Source: Octopus sinensis
Taxonomy: Eukaryota
Assembly: GCF_006345805.1 (NCBI RefSeq)
Contig: NW_021836129.1
Span: forward strand, 124,001 to 188,000
Reading direction: 5' to 3'
DNA: 64,000 nucleotides
The notes below the pieces were generated by a model. It made no database searches, was not told the DNA's origin, and was given only the letters and a program-made list of their open reading frames with translations. The translations under genes and the position numbers were made by a program. Below, in pieces: positions 52,834-64,000 of the stretch (position 1 is its first letter; the number at the start of each line of letters is the position of its first letter).

Positions 52834-54048
52834 TTAAAATAAATCAAATTTATTTTCTTGTTGTAGCACTCTAATATCCTCCAACTCTGAATAATTCTTT
52901 TTCAATTTATTCTTCATTTCCATTATCTATAATGAATTAAATAAATGTTTAATACAATATTTAAATCTTTCTTTGCCTCATTCAATGATTCATACACGTT
53001 AGAATGCCTTTTATTTATTATTTTGTTATTAAATTCACGAAGTTCCTCTGTAATCTGTACCACATCTTCAGCCCTAAAAAATGATAAAAATTTCCCGCCT
53101 TTTTCTTTCCTTTTCCATCAAATCAAAAGCCGAAAAATTTTTCTTAGCCACAATCTGGTCTAAGGGACTGTTCTTGGCCTAAAAGTCAATTTTTATGTCT
53201 ACAATCTCATTTTCCATAGAAGTAGGAATACGAGTCACATCAACTCCAAAAGGTGCATTATTAATATTATTATTAATTTCTTAAAATTAATATATTTAAA
53301 TTAAATATATTAATAAATAATAAAACTTATTTTTCCAATTTGAATATCAAATATTTTTTGTTGGTTAATTATTTTGGTCTTTTCTCTCCAATCAACCAGA
53401 GCTCGACATACACTGAATATTATAAATAAAAAAACTTTAAACGATCCAATTTTTTCTGAGTCACAATTTTTAGATCGTCGGAAACAATTTTTGGTTTATT
53501 TTTATTCATAATTTTTGATTTTTATCTTAAAATTCATAGAAAACTAATTTTTTACCAATTTTTATTGGAATTTGGGTATTTTGGTGGATTTCGTTTTTTA
53601 AATGTTTCAAAAAACTGTCTAAACCTGAAGAATATATTTTTTAAAATCTGAGTCCAGTGGGTTGATCTAAGACTCAAATTTTTTAAATTTGGTAAAAATC
53701 CTGTCTGTTTTTTGATGTAAAAAAACCGTATGAGTTGGGAATTGAAGTCAGGACGTTTCGGTCGAGAAGAAGTGTGTTGAGGTCACACTCTTTTGGCGAT
53801 TGGACCAAAGGTAGTTGAGATATTTGATTGGCGCGAAGATCAATCCAAAGAGCTTTTGGAGGGAATCAAAAAATGAATTTGGTAATATTTTTAGATTGTT
53901 TTTTGATAGATTTAAGAACTTAATTATTTTAATATAATTACTTTTATGTTTTTTATATTTAGGAGTTCTTTTGGAATTTCGTTTAGTTTGGAATTAGATA
54001 AATTAACTTTTTTTCATTACATTGTTGATATGCTTTAGATATCATCAT
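52834..54048 (-). pseudogene. LRRC27-like, copy 2, with about four single-base exonic deletions
   Basis: Collinear with 20278-21500; single-base losses near 54010, 53855, 53662 and 53521, all in or beside homopolymer runs. Confidence 0.7.
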
Positions 54049-54316
54049 AAGATTGGTAACTTGGTAATATTTTATTTATTTAATTAACAAATAGAATATA
54101 AATATATTAAATTATAATATTTTATTATATAATAGAATTAAAATTAATATTTTATATATCAAAAATGTATAATACAAAACTAGTATTAATATACACAATA
54201 CTTTTTTCTCAATTAAACTAGTAATATAAATCTAAATATTTATAATTATTTATAAATATATTATTATATTTAATAAATAAAGAATTTATTGACTAATACT
54301 CAGCACCTTGTTGTGC

Positions 54317-54867
54317 ATGTCAGGTCAACATATTTCTGACCCAATTACCACAGAAAATAGTAATTTATAATAAAATATAATTAATTAGTAATAACCACAA
54401 ATAAACGTGGTTGGAATGACCCTCCTAAGATGTCATACATGTATACAACCTCTGGATCAGACTCATCCAGCACATCCTCAAATTCAACATCCTCAAAGCC
54501 AAAATTCGATAAAAATGAAGATTTGGGGAAACAGTCCTACGTAATCAACAATTCTCAAAAAATAACATCAGGCCTTGTTAAAGTTGTATAAAAAATAATT
54601 ATTCCAAAGGAGGCTGTGATTGGTAAAAGAATTGACATTCTTAACGAGGCATGGGAAGGAAATTTGCTATCAGAAGAAATAAAGGACTATTTGGTTCAAT
54701 TGATCACGTGCTTGCTCAAACCTGACTATTTTGGCGCCGAAAATATATGCAAGATTATGGCGGTTGACCACATTAAAGAGGTTCATTTTATTACGTAATA
54801 AATTCAGGTCAGTAGGTGGATTGCTGGATATAGAATGCTTATTTCTCAATTAAAAAATAATATATAA
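54317..54867 (+). CDS. SRA1: SRA1/SRAP, copy 2
   Basis: Exons essentially identical to 21777-22328. Confidence 0.93.
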
Positions 54868-54898
54868 GTTTTTTAATTTAATTTTTACTAACATTTTA

Positions 54899-55518
54899 TT
54901 AAAAATCTTCAATTTTTATATAACAGATATTATTTCCCGCCGTTGTAGCGATTATTAAAGCGCGGGAACCAAAAATACGGGTATAAAAATCTCTAAGTTG
55001 CATCAAATTATTTTCACCACTAAAATAGTGTTAAAATTATATATATAAATAATATTTAAATTAATTAAAATATATAATAAAATACCTTGTTACAAATAAA
55101 TGATATTGTGGTGATGTGGGATTAGATTTTTTAAAAGTCTTAACAAAAGACGGTAAATAAACATCAAAAATGGAATAATCAAAAGGAGTAGTATTACGAC
55201 GTAGTACATAGCCCAGTTGTGTTAAATTGGAGTATACAGTCATGACATTACTCCCCAATAGTCCATCAACTATAAGGGACAGGTCATCGGCCTGTAGTAT
55301 TTGGCCGTCTTTAAGACATGTTAGTGAGCCCTTGTTGGTTAGATATAGTATTTCCTCGGGGAATAAGTAATGTTTACTATTTTTTGAATATCCCATTGTT
55401 TTGAAGAAGTTGCCCTAATTTGAAATATATATTTTTTTACTTTTATTTTTACTAGTTCGCCTACTTTCAAGTCTTCTATCCAATTAGCATGTGCTGTTTT
55501 ACATAGTAATGACTCCAT
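54899..55518 (-). CDS. TSEN54: TSEN54, copy 2
   Basis: Collinear with copy 1; retains the canonical L.PEE.LYL motif (YLFPEEILYL). Confidence 0.88.
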
Positions 55519-55805
55519 TAATTAAATAACCACAAGTGGATAAATTATATATATATTTATTATATTATCAAATTTTAAATTTAATTAAATATATATAATT
55601 ATAATGTGACAAATAATTTTAACTTTAGTCCTTTTAACTTTTATTAAATAGATTAACTAACGAATAAGAATGACTTTATAAATTTTTATTTATTAATTTA
55701 AGTAATTTAATAAATATTTTTAAATAATTAATTAGTATATTTAAATTTATAATAAAAGAAGACATAATTTATTGTGGTCCTCTTACTCTAGTGAGTAATA
55801 TAAAC

Positions 55806-57293
55806 ATGAGCATTGAGCAGTCAGTTATACCGATAATTTCTCCTTGTATTCCAGACGAGGAAAAGATTATCCAATCATTGCTAATATTAGATAAGTTCCA
55901 ACAAGATTTTAGACATTTTGTTCAAAAAATAAATCAAAATGTATAAATATGTAACGATTAAAGCTATAGATAGATGTTAGAAAGGACAGATTGTCATCCA
56001 TAAAGTCTAGAATTTCAATTGTTGAGCAAAAAATCAAAAAACTGGACAAATCGGGCAAGGCAATAAGGATTTATTCTCCCTTCAATTTGCCTCAGACAAT
56101 AAAATTTCCAAGAAATGACCTCCAAGTGAGGCCAAATCTTAAAAATGAGACCAAACTCCACTACAAACTATCAAAAGTTTTTTATTTAAATATCTATTAT
56201 AAATTTAAATAAAAATAAATTTATTTTAATTAATTAATTAGAATTTAGATTTAATATCTCAATATAAAAATACTACAATTGTTCCAGCCTCTTTTGATTT
56301 ACTAAAAGACAAAGAAAAGACACCATTTAATGAGGGAATTGGTCGGCCTCCAAACAATTTGAAAAGCACTGGAAATTTTCTTATATATAATACAAATATA
56401 AATGCGTAATTTATTTTTATATTTATTATTAATTTTTTATTTTGATAAATAGATTTAAAAACTATTCTTTTGTTGATCCTCTCAACGTTGTTTCAAAAAT
56501 TACAAAACCACATGAAAAAAGACATGAGCCAGCCAAGGCACCGGAGACTGTGACTTTGGGCCATCAATTCGATCCTTTCCAGCGTTTAAATTTTGACTAC
56601 AATCCTATTTTGGGTGATGTACCTCAAATCAAGGTCCCCGAAAGTCTTCCCGTGCTTTCTGGTTAAACTCAATTTGTTATTTCAGGGATTGTAAGTGATT
56701 TGAATTATCTCCCTAAAAAAGAAACGGGGATTGCTCCGTCGATTATTTTGACCGAAATCACCGTGGATTTACCGGATCTTGATTACGAATTCACCGAGGA
56801 TCCCGTAGGCTCCACACTACCAAAGGTCGAGACTTCGCATCCCGAATCCAACATTTTTCCAAAAACTGAAATTGCAGAGGAAAACATGACTTTGTCATCA
56901 AAAAATGAAATCGAGGAAAATTTTGTAGTCGAAGATGACAAAAAATCTGTCGAGGTCACTCCGAAGCCTTCGGGGGAACCGAAACTGAAGGCTCTGCTTG
57001 ACTCAATTCTGGACGCGGGAGGGATAAATCAGTTCAAATTCCGAAAAAGAAAAGAAAATGAAACAAAAACTGAGATTGAACCAAAAAAGGAAGAGGAAAA
57101 AATTGATATATTGTCACAACTCAAAAAAGTGTTAAAAAGAAGAGGAGAGTCTCTAAAAGGGAAGGGAGAGGACTATGTAGAGCCTCCAAAGTCGAAGAAG
57201 TATGAGGAGTCACCACTAATCAAGAGTATGTCTAAAGTCATAAAGAGTGAATCAATGGAGGAGGATGAAAATGAGGCTGGCTGGTCGGATTAA
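55806..57293 (+). CDS. WASHC1: WASH1, copy 2
   Basis: Same exon structure as copy 1; intact; about ten amino-acid differences. Confidence 0.95.
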
Positions 57294-58740
57294 ACTCATT
57301 TTCATTACTAATATTATTATATAAGTCACATTTATTGGGTTTCAAGTATTTCTATTTTCTAGGTTTTCAAAAAAAATAATATTTGATAATATTTTGAGCT
57401 AAAAATGGCTTTTTATTTTTTTCTTGCCAAAACAATAGCGAGATTTTTACGTATCAACTTTATTTTTAGCTAAGAGGTAGAATATGATAGTCAGCTGTAT
57501 TATCTTAAAAAATTGACATTGTTGTTAAAAAATACTTAATTGTCCATGGTTTGAGCTCTTAGTGCGTTTTCAGACATCCTTAATATTAATTTTAAAACAT
57601 ATTATTCCTGGAAAGACTGGCAGTCGAGCCAGATGCCGTGATTGTAGGAAGGAGGCACAAGGTTTCGTATTTCAAATGAGGCAGCATTATTTGTTATTCC
57701 TTCTAATATTGATATCCCTTAAAATCCGTCAAAAATTGAAATTGGCGTAATCAGCGAATTGCCCCTGAGGATGAGGGACCGATCATTAATCAATTTTGTT
57801 ACTACGATGACGTTATCGAACAAAAATTTGATAGATATGAAACTCGCTGGATACGTATATCCACCCATATTTCTTCTGGAGGTGTAGCACATCTAGAATT
57901 TGTTCAATTTATCAAAATGTTTCTTTTGGGTATCGTTTACATTCTCATCATCAAATTGGTCGTCCATTGCTCGATCGAGTGTACCACCAACTACATGAGG
58001 ACTGTCGACAAAAACTTATTTCATAAAAATCCTCTTTAAATAACAAAAATAAGATTTTTTACTGTATATAAGTCAAAGTTCCGTCTTGAAAAACTTGGAA
58101 ACGACCCCGTCTCGTTTATTGCTTTTTTGAACTTTGGACTGCTTCAGGTGGTCTTGGGAAGTGACTTTCACTTTGATGATAATATTTTTTTTATTTTGTC
58201 ATACACGAATAGGCTTGTTACACCGAATTCTCGTAATTCAACATTTTTTGTCGATAGGATTTACAAGGGTGAGTACAAAGGCAATTTCAAATTCAGACAA
58301 TAATAAATGAAAAATGTTTATCACAATCCACTACTTTCTGGGCGGAACTTTAACAACAAAAAACACTTTCCGCTTTACATAACTGGAAGATTAGGTATAT
58401 ATTGTCCTATTCCTCAAAGTGGGTGTAAAACTATGTGACATTGACGTTACACTCTTGCCTTCACTATACACAGACTAGTCAGCTTGGAATAAATTCACAC
58501 TTCCAGTCAAATACGTTCTGTTATACTTTACTCCCCTAATATATACTTTGTGTCAATTCTAATAAAATGCATGCCGAATAATCTCTTCTTGTCACAAATG
58601 ATCAAAAAATCGAAATTTACAAAATTAGTCTAACTGAATAAATTATTGACTATTTATTTGTGTAGAAAACATTAGTCTACTGAAACTATATAAAGAAAAA
58701 TCAAAGAAACAAAGGACCCCAAAATTGATACACTGTTAAT

Positions 58741-59620
58741 AAAAGTGCAGCTTTGGAGCTCTTGTAAAAGACCCTTCGCTGTGTGGGAAAATGTGACTTG
58801 GGAAGTGTACTTCGACATAGACCCAAAAGAGTGTCATGATGCAATAGGAATGTTCAGATCCGGGCAGATTGATTCACAAACCGGCATAGACGACTACACC
58901 CAATAGATTGTCACTGGCCTTTATACACATCAGACAGTAATACACGTTTTTTAGTACGACCCGTTGACTACCCGATTGATCAGAGTTCTTCAGAAACAAT
59001 TTTCAAATTTTTCACTCTCAAAGTTGATTTGTAAAATATAGAAGCCCCCGTTCCAGCTATCGAACCCGACTTCCATTTGATATCAAGGGAGTAATAGCCA
59101 TTCAGATAATAATCATCATGTTGTTTCTTTTGTTTCATTCACAATTAAAAGGTCCACGGGATTAGATATGAACTCATGAATAGTCAATCTTTGGCCCTTC
59201 AAAGAAAAGGGGCCACAGATTGTGAATATCGAATCCTTTTTCCCAACATATAGTGATTATTTTTTCAATCATAGAGGTAAGCTCAACATCGATGGTTGGT
59301 GGTTGCCTATCATCAGTCAAAACGCTAAATATTCTCCAGTAGATCCATTAAAAATACGATGCATAAGAGGCACTCAGCCTCTATCCGCACTTAACAGAAA
59401 TTTTGCCACATACGAGTACATAGAAGGAACACATTTTGATATGCGATCATATGGACATATCTGCTCAAAAGTGCAGCTTTGGAGCTCTTGTAAAAGACCC
59501 TTCGCTGTGTGGAAAAATGTTATTAAGAAGACTTGGGAAGTGTACTTCGACATAGACCCGAAAGAGTGTCATGATTGATCCAATCCAATCAGCAATGAAA
59601 TTGTTGGTGAGATATTATGA
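58741..59620 (+). other. Endogenous viral element: rhabdovirus-like glycoprotein G, copy 2 with inserted N-terminal segment
   Basis: ORF 59222-59578: WLPIISQNAKYSPVDPLKIRC...GHICSKVQLWSSCKRPF...KECHD; upstream hydrophobic GVIAIQIIIIMLFLLF (signal-peptide-like, other frame); 58741-58981 repeats the copy-1 fragment. Confidence 0.75.
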
Positions 59621-62600
59621 TTAATTTTGTTTTTTCCGTTTATAAAGTCGAAATTTTGAAATAATTTTTAATTTCATTGACTAATAAACTGAAATTAAGA
59701 AGCCGTGAAGACAAGTAAAACGACCGAAAACAGTCCTTCTGGTAAAAACTTTGAAATGAGAGGAAGTATATATAATTTTGAGAAAAAGATTAGAAACAGA
59801 TTAGAGGAATAAAATCGGAAAATATCACAAAAATGACGAAATTTCAGATAATTAAATCACTAAAAGAAACTTCATCACGAAATATTCCTTCTGAATCCAA
59901 TTTAATACACAAAATAAAGCAAAGCTAATTAATAGAACAGTACAACAAACTAAATAAACCGCATCTAATAATCTATTAGGTTTGTCATTAAAAATTTAGA
60001 AAATTAAACAATAATTAATGAAAAAAAGTTTATAATATTATTGAAATAATTATCTGTATCTTTATTTAGATTTTTCTAATCGGTCTATAAAAAGTACATC
60101 TAATTAAATTTTGTAAATTTTTAAGATCTAGCGCCAAACCGTTTATTAGCAATACATGGAACACATAATTAGTTACGCCTACGCAGCGTGGGGAAAAACG
60201 ATCAGCTACATCAATTGGGGAAAATTTTCGAAAATTCAATCAAGAAACTGTCTAAGAAACGGGGTGACGACATAAAGAATGACACAGCTGCTACGCCCAT
60301 ACAAAAAATTTGCGTGAACAAGGGAAGAACGTCAGCGGAAAATGAGGACCCTCCTTTAGACAGTGGTCTTGGTTGGATAATAATAATAAAAGATACAGGC
60401 TCGTAAAATTTGGAATGAATTTCTATTTTAAAAATAAAAAAAATTTTCAAAGAATGAGCTATAATTGAGTTTTTTTCTGTGAAGATGAACTGGGATTAAA
60501 GGTTAAGTGCGTTGAGTGCAACTTAATAAATAAAATAGACTGAACATAATTATAACCACTTTGGGGAAGACCGCATTTTTCAAGATTAAAAAATCTCTAA
60601 TATAAATTGAATATCTAAGAACAATCGATTTAAAGCTAATAATATCGAAAAGGAGGACGAAACAGTTAAATTGAATTTATAATTTCTCCATTACCTAAAA
60701 TTGATTGATACTTTTTAATATAAAATAAAAAAAATTTTTTATTAAAAATTAACGATAAATTTTATCTAAAAATATATTAGGATAACCTAAAATGAAACAA
60801 TTCATTGGAGACAATCCTATTCCCTCTTCGCGTACCCAGAAGATCTTTGGCGTGGTTTTCGACTCCTTAATGACGTTCTCAAGTCACGTGGAGGAGGCCC
60901 TAGCTAAAGGTCTTCGGAAGTGGAACGTCTTGAAAGCTCTGTTAAAGAAGAGTCCAGAGGAATTTCGGTCGGTTATAAAGAAATGCACTCCGATTGAGTT
61001 CCTCTGCAGAAGGAAGAGAAGGCGTTTCCGGGTTACGGTTGGGTCATCATAAGATCGTGTAAGGAGAGTACGGCTGTTGTTGGAGGCAGAGATCACCTAA
61101 TTAGTTAGTTCTAACCTATCTTTCTCGGTGATCTTGGAGTTAATAAATAAATAAATAATAATAAAATGAAACAAATTCCGATAATGTTAATTAAGAAAAG
61201 TAAACTAATAATTAGACGACTCTCAAATTTTTGCTTCCCGAGTTCCCCATAACTCCACTTTGATCTTCCTCGCCATAATCCTCAATCTCCGCCTGGGGCG
61301 TGCAGTCTCTGGGCCTCTTAAGGGACTTGCTGATCTTCATAGAGAAATTATATTTCCGCCAGTCCCTATTTACGGAATTTGCAGAGTCCAGAATTTCACT
61401 GAAGCCATGTTTGTACTCGACAAACATGCTCTCCAGAGTGGCTCTCAGCGTTACAGTCTGGATGTAAGACCGAACACGTTCTTTAATCCCAAGGAGCTCC
61501 ATGTACTTGCGGTAGATTGTTGAAACGATTCCATCCCACGTAATGACAATTGGCACAATCTTCACCTTAGTCTTGTGAATCAGTTGTAATTCACTAGCTA
61601 AAATGTCGTATTTGTGCAGTTTTTCTACTTCCACACTCTTTAGGTTATCTATTGAAGTCACACCCACTTCAATAAGCCATATTAGGTTTTCTCTTTTGTC
61701 GTAGAAAAAAATGTCGGGTTTGTTATATTGAATTTTCAACTCTGTTGGAATTGTTGTATCAACTCGTATTTCTGCCAAGGTGTTGCACATAATACTCTGG
61801 ACAGAGTGATTTTTCAGTCTTCTGGATTTTTTGAATCCAAATCTACGGCACAAGTGCATGTGGATGCATCTCACAATTTCATTGTGTCTTCTCGTATAAT
61901 CCGAATTAAGCATCCTGTTGCATCTAGTTGCCATGTGATCAACCGTCTTATTGGAAGATTTACAGTGTGGACATTTTGAATTAGGGTCTCTGAAAAAAAT
62001 ATTCCTGTCTTGGAGAAATGAAAACATAGCTTCAGATTTAGGAGATATATTCCCTTTCTTAAGCCATGTTGAAGACGATTGAATATCAAAATTGTTATCA
62101 TCAAGGGATTCAAATAGCTTCGAGTGAAGTGTTTTCTTCTTGATATTGGACAGTAAGGAATCAATCTGCAATCTATTCAGTGATTTGGTTATCTCTTCTT
62201 AGAAGTTCGTTCCATATTTACAATGCAGGAATTCTGTGATCGTGGCCATATGAGACTTTCTTTTCTGCTCGGCCCACAGAATTGCTGTCTTTCTTGGGGA
62301 GATTAACTTTCGCCTCTCCAGATTTTCACGAAAGTCAAACATCATTTTTTCCGACCTAAGGTAATCGAGGCAAGCCCTCTTCCAAGTTTGTCCCTCGGCA
62401 AATATAGCCTCTCCTTACAGGCTGGTTTCATATGAATATTTAGATCCATTAACAGCTTCCTGACAAATTTGTCAATTTCATCAAAAACGGACGGTTCCAA
62501 ATCCAGAAGGCCGATATAATAATTGTACAAAGATAAGGCATGTTCATTAATTGCCTTAAACAAATTCACCGAATTTAGTTTCGTCTTCGACAATCTTTTG

Positions 62601-64000
62601 ATACGTTGCTGAACCTCAATCCGTAAATTTTTCAAAACTTCTTCTTTAACAACCTGACTAAACTTATTTTCCAATACACCCAAATAACGGTAACTATCCA
62701 GTCCATCCAGCAGTTTGGCATCATTTCTCAATAAACAACTATTTGTTGCCGACTTCTCACAATTCTTTTCCAAACCTGAAGCTTTAAAAAATAAATCCAC
62801 GTCTTTCATCATACACCCGAGTGTGACCTCATCTTTGGCGAGGAGTTTCAAATCATCAATGAACAAAAAATGGTTCGTAGAAAAAAACACTGAATTTTCT
62901 TGATCGGTATTGACTGATAAATTTGGGTATTTAGCTGATAATAATCTGCTCAACGGATCCAAAGTCAAAATAAACAACTGAGGAGACAGGGAATCTCCTT
63001 GGAGTATTCCACGTTCTATGTTAACAATTCCCAGATGCTGCTTTCCTAATTTGAGGGAGACCTTCCAATTTGGAATTATTGACATTACAAAGGGGAGGTC
63101 CAGTGAGTGAATTTCCGGAGGAATAAGGACGGCCATGAACATTTAAATCCACTCTTCCATTACAATTTTCACTATTATTTTGAGTAGATGCGTCCATAGA
63201 TATGGTTATTCCATTTTGTAAACCAACCATCCGTACACCACAAGAAATTTATATATAAATGAAACAACAATATTCAAACGTATACGCTAATTTCATAAAT
63301 TGCGTGTGGTTGGTTTTGTTCATACAAATTGGGAAAAAATGAATTTTACATTAAAAATCGTATTTTAATGATAATTCCAATACACAATTTTACGCGCAAT
63401 AGGCTTTAAGGTTGGTCTATTGATTGGGACAAAAAAATACATTATTGGTCTATGATAATATAAAATTTCCCCAAAAAGTGGTTTATTTCATAAAATCATT
63501 GTATTTACAGGAATGGCGAAAATATTTTTCCAAAAGCAAGGTTTTTCCCAAAAAAGGGTTCCCCGCAACTCGATTTTTTTAAATTCAAGGTCTCACTGTA
63601 TTTAAAACCAATATTTAGACAGATGTTATTCACGTGTTTTTGTTTTTGTTAAAAATGCTGCTTAAAAATTTAGTACTAACTATTATTGAGTACAATACAT
63701 TGTTTCTTATTTAAAAAGCAATACGATTGATGGAAGTTTAACTGAAATGAACAAGTCAAGATTTCTAAATACAAAAAAAATTTTTTACTAGAAGACTCTA
63801 GATTAGAACCAAATATGGAACAAAAATTGTAATTGCTAAAAATTATATCTAAACCATTAAATCTGAATTTTGGAATTTACATTTGAAAACGCATTATGAA
63901 GTAAACAAATTGAAAGAATAGTCTGAAAAATATTTTTTAGTATAAAGAGATTAATTATCTGAAAAGTTTATGCTGACTGTGTTCAATGTCAGTAATTAAA
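59613..64000. repeat. Tandem segmental duplication unit 3 (runs off the window)
   Basis: Near-identical to 28808-33412 apart from a replaced segment near 60125. Confidence 0.9.
61172..63230 (-). mobile_element. RLE-type non-LTR retrotransposon, copy 2
   Basis: ORFs 62342-63142 (RGILQGDSLSP, FIDD, GRGL) and 61212-62171 (CCHC, RHNE, KPD..LIEVG..KLHKY); frameshifts between them; RT N-terminal part missing. Confidence 0.94.

Larger units (their letters stand above)
28808..59612. repeat. Tandem segmental duplication unit 2
   Basis: Starts with the same block as 6642 and 59613; contains the second junk block, gene cassette and viral fragment, plus an extra LINE/RLE/hAT segment (about 29596-35534) that unit 1 lacks. 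Confidence 0.88.

Noticed and set aside
1-64000. tRNA, rRNA or snRNA genes
   Set aside because: None recognised by eye; a tRNAscan-SE/Infernal run would be needed to exclude them.

Overview
AT-rich eukaryotic genomic DNA, most likely from a reduced-genome animal: SRA1- and LRRC27-like genes occur together with spliceosomal introns of mostly 23-31 nt, as reported for dicyemid-type parasites, though the taxon cannot be fixed from this window. An ATG9 gene (320-2207, minus) is followed by nested DNA transposons and then a head-to-tail tandem segmental duplication with units starting at about 6642, 28808 and 59613. Each complete unit carries a compact five-gene cassette that the ORF track mostly misses because of the tiny introns: archease (-), LRRC27-like (-), SRA1 (+), a miniaturised TSEN54 (-) and WASH1 (+). 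The surroundings are dense with Tc1, IS630-like, pogo and hAT elements and with RLE/CRE-type non-LTR retrotransposons, many present in only one unit and with clear target-site duplications. The most notable signals are: (1) an endogenised rhabdovirus-like glycoprotein gene fragment lying at the tandem-unit junction; (2) two tRNA-splicing genes (archease, TSEN54) 2.3 kb apart and co-amplified; (3) two different Tc1 elements inserted independently into the same TATATA in paralogous units; (4) a twin-priming-like inverted retrocopy of an unknown coding RNA and two templated insertions. All protein identifications come from manual translation and recalled family motifs; no searches were run.
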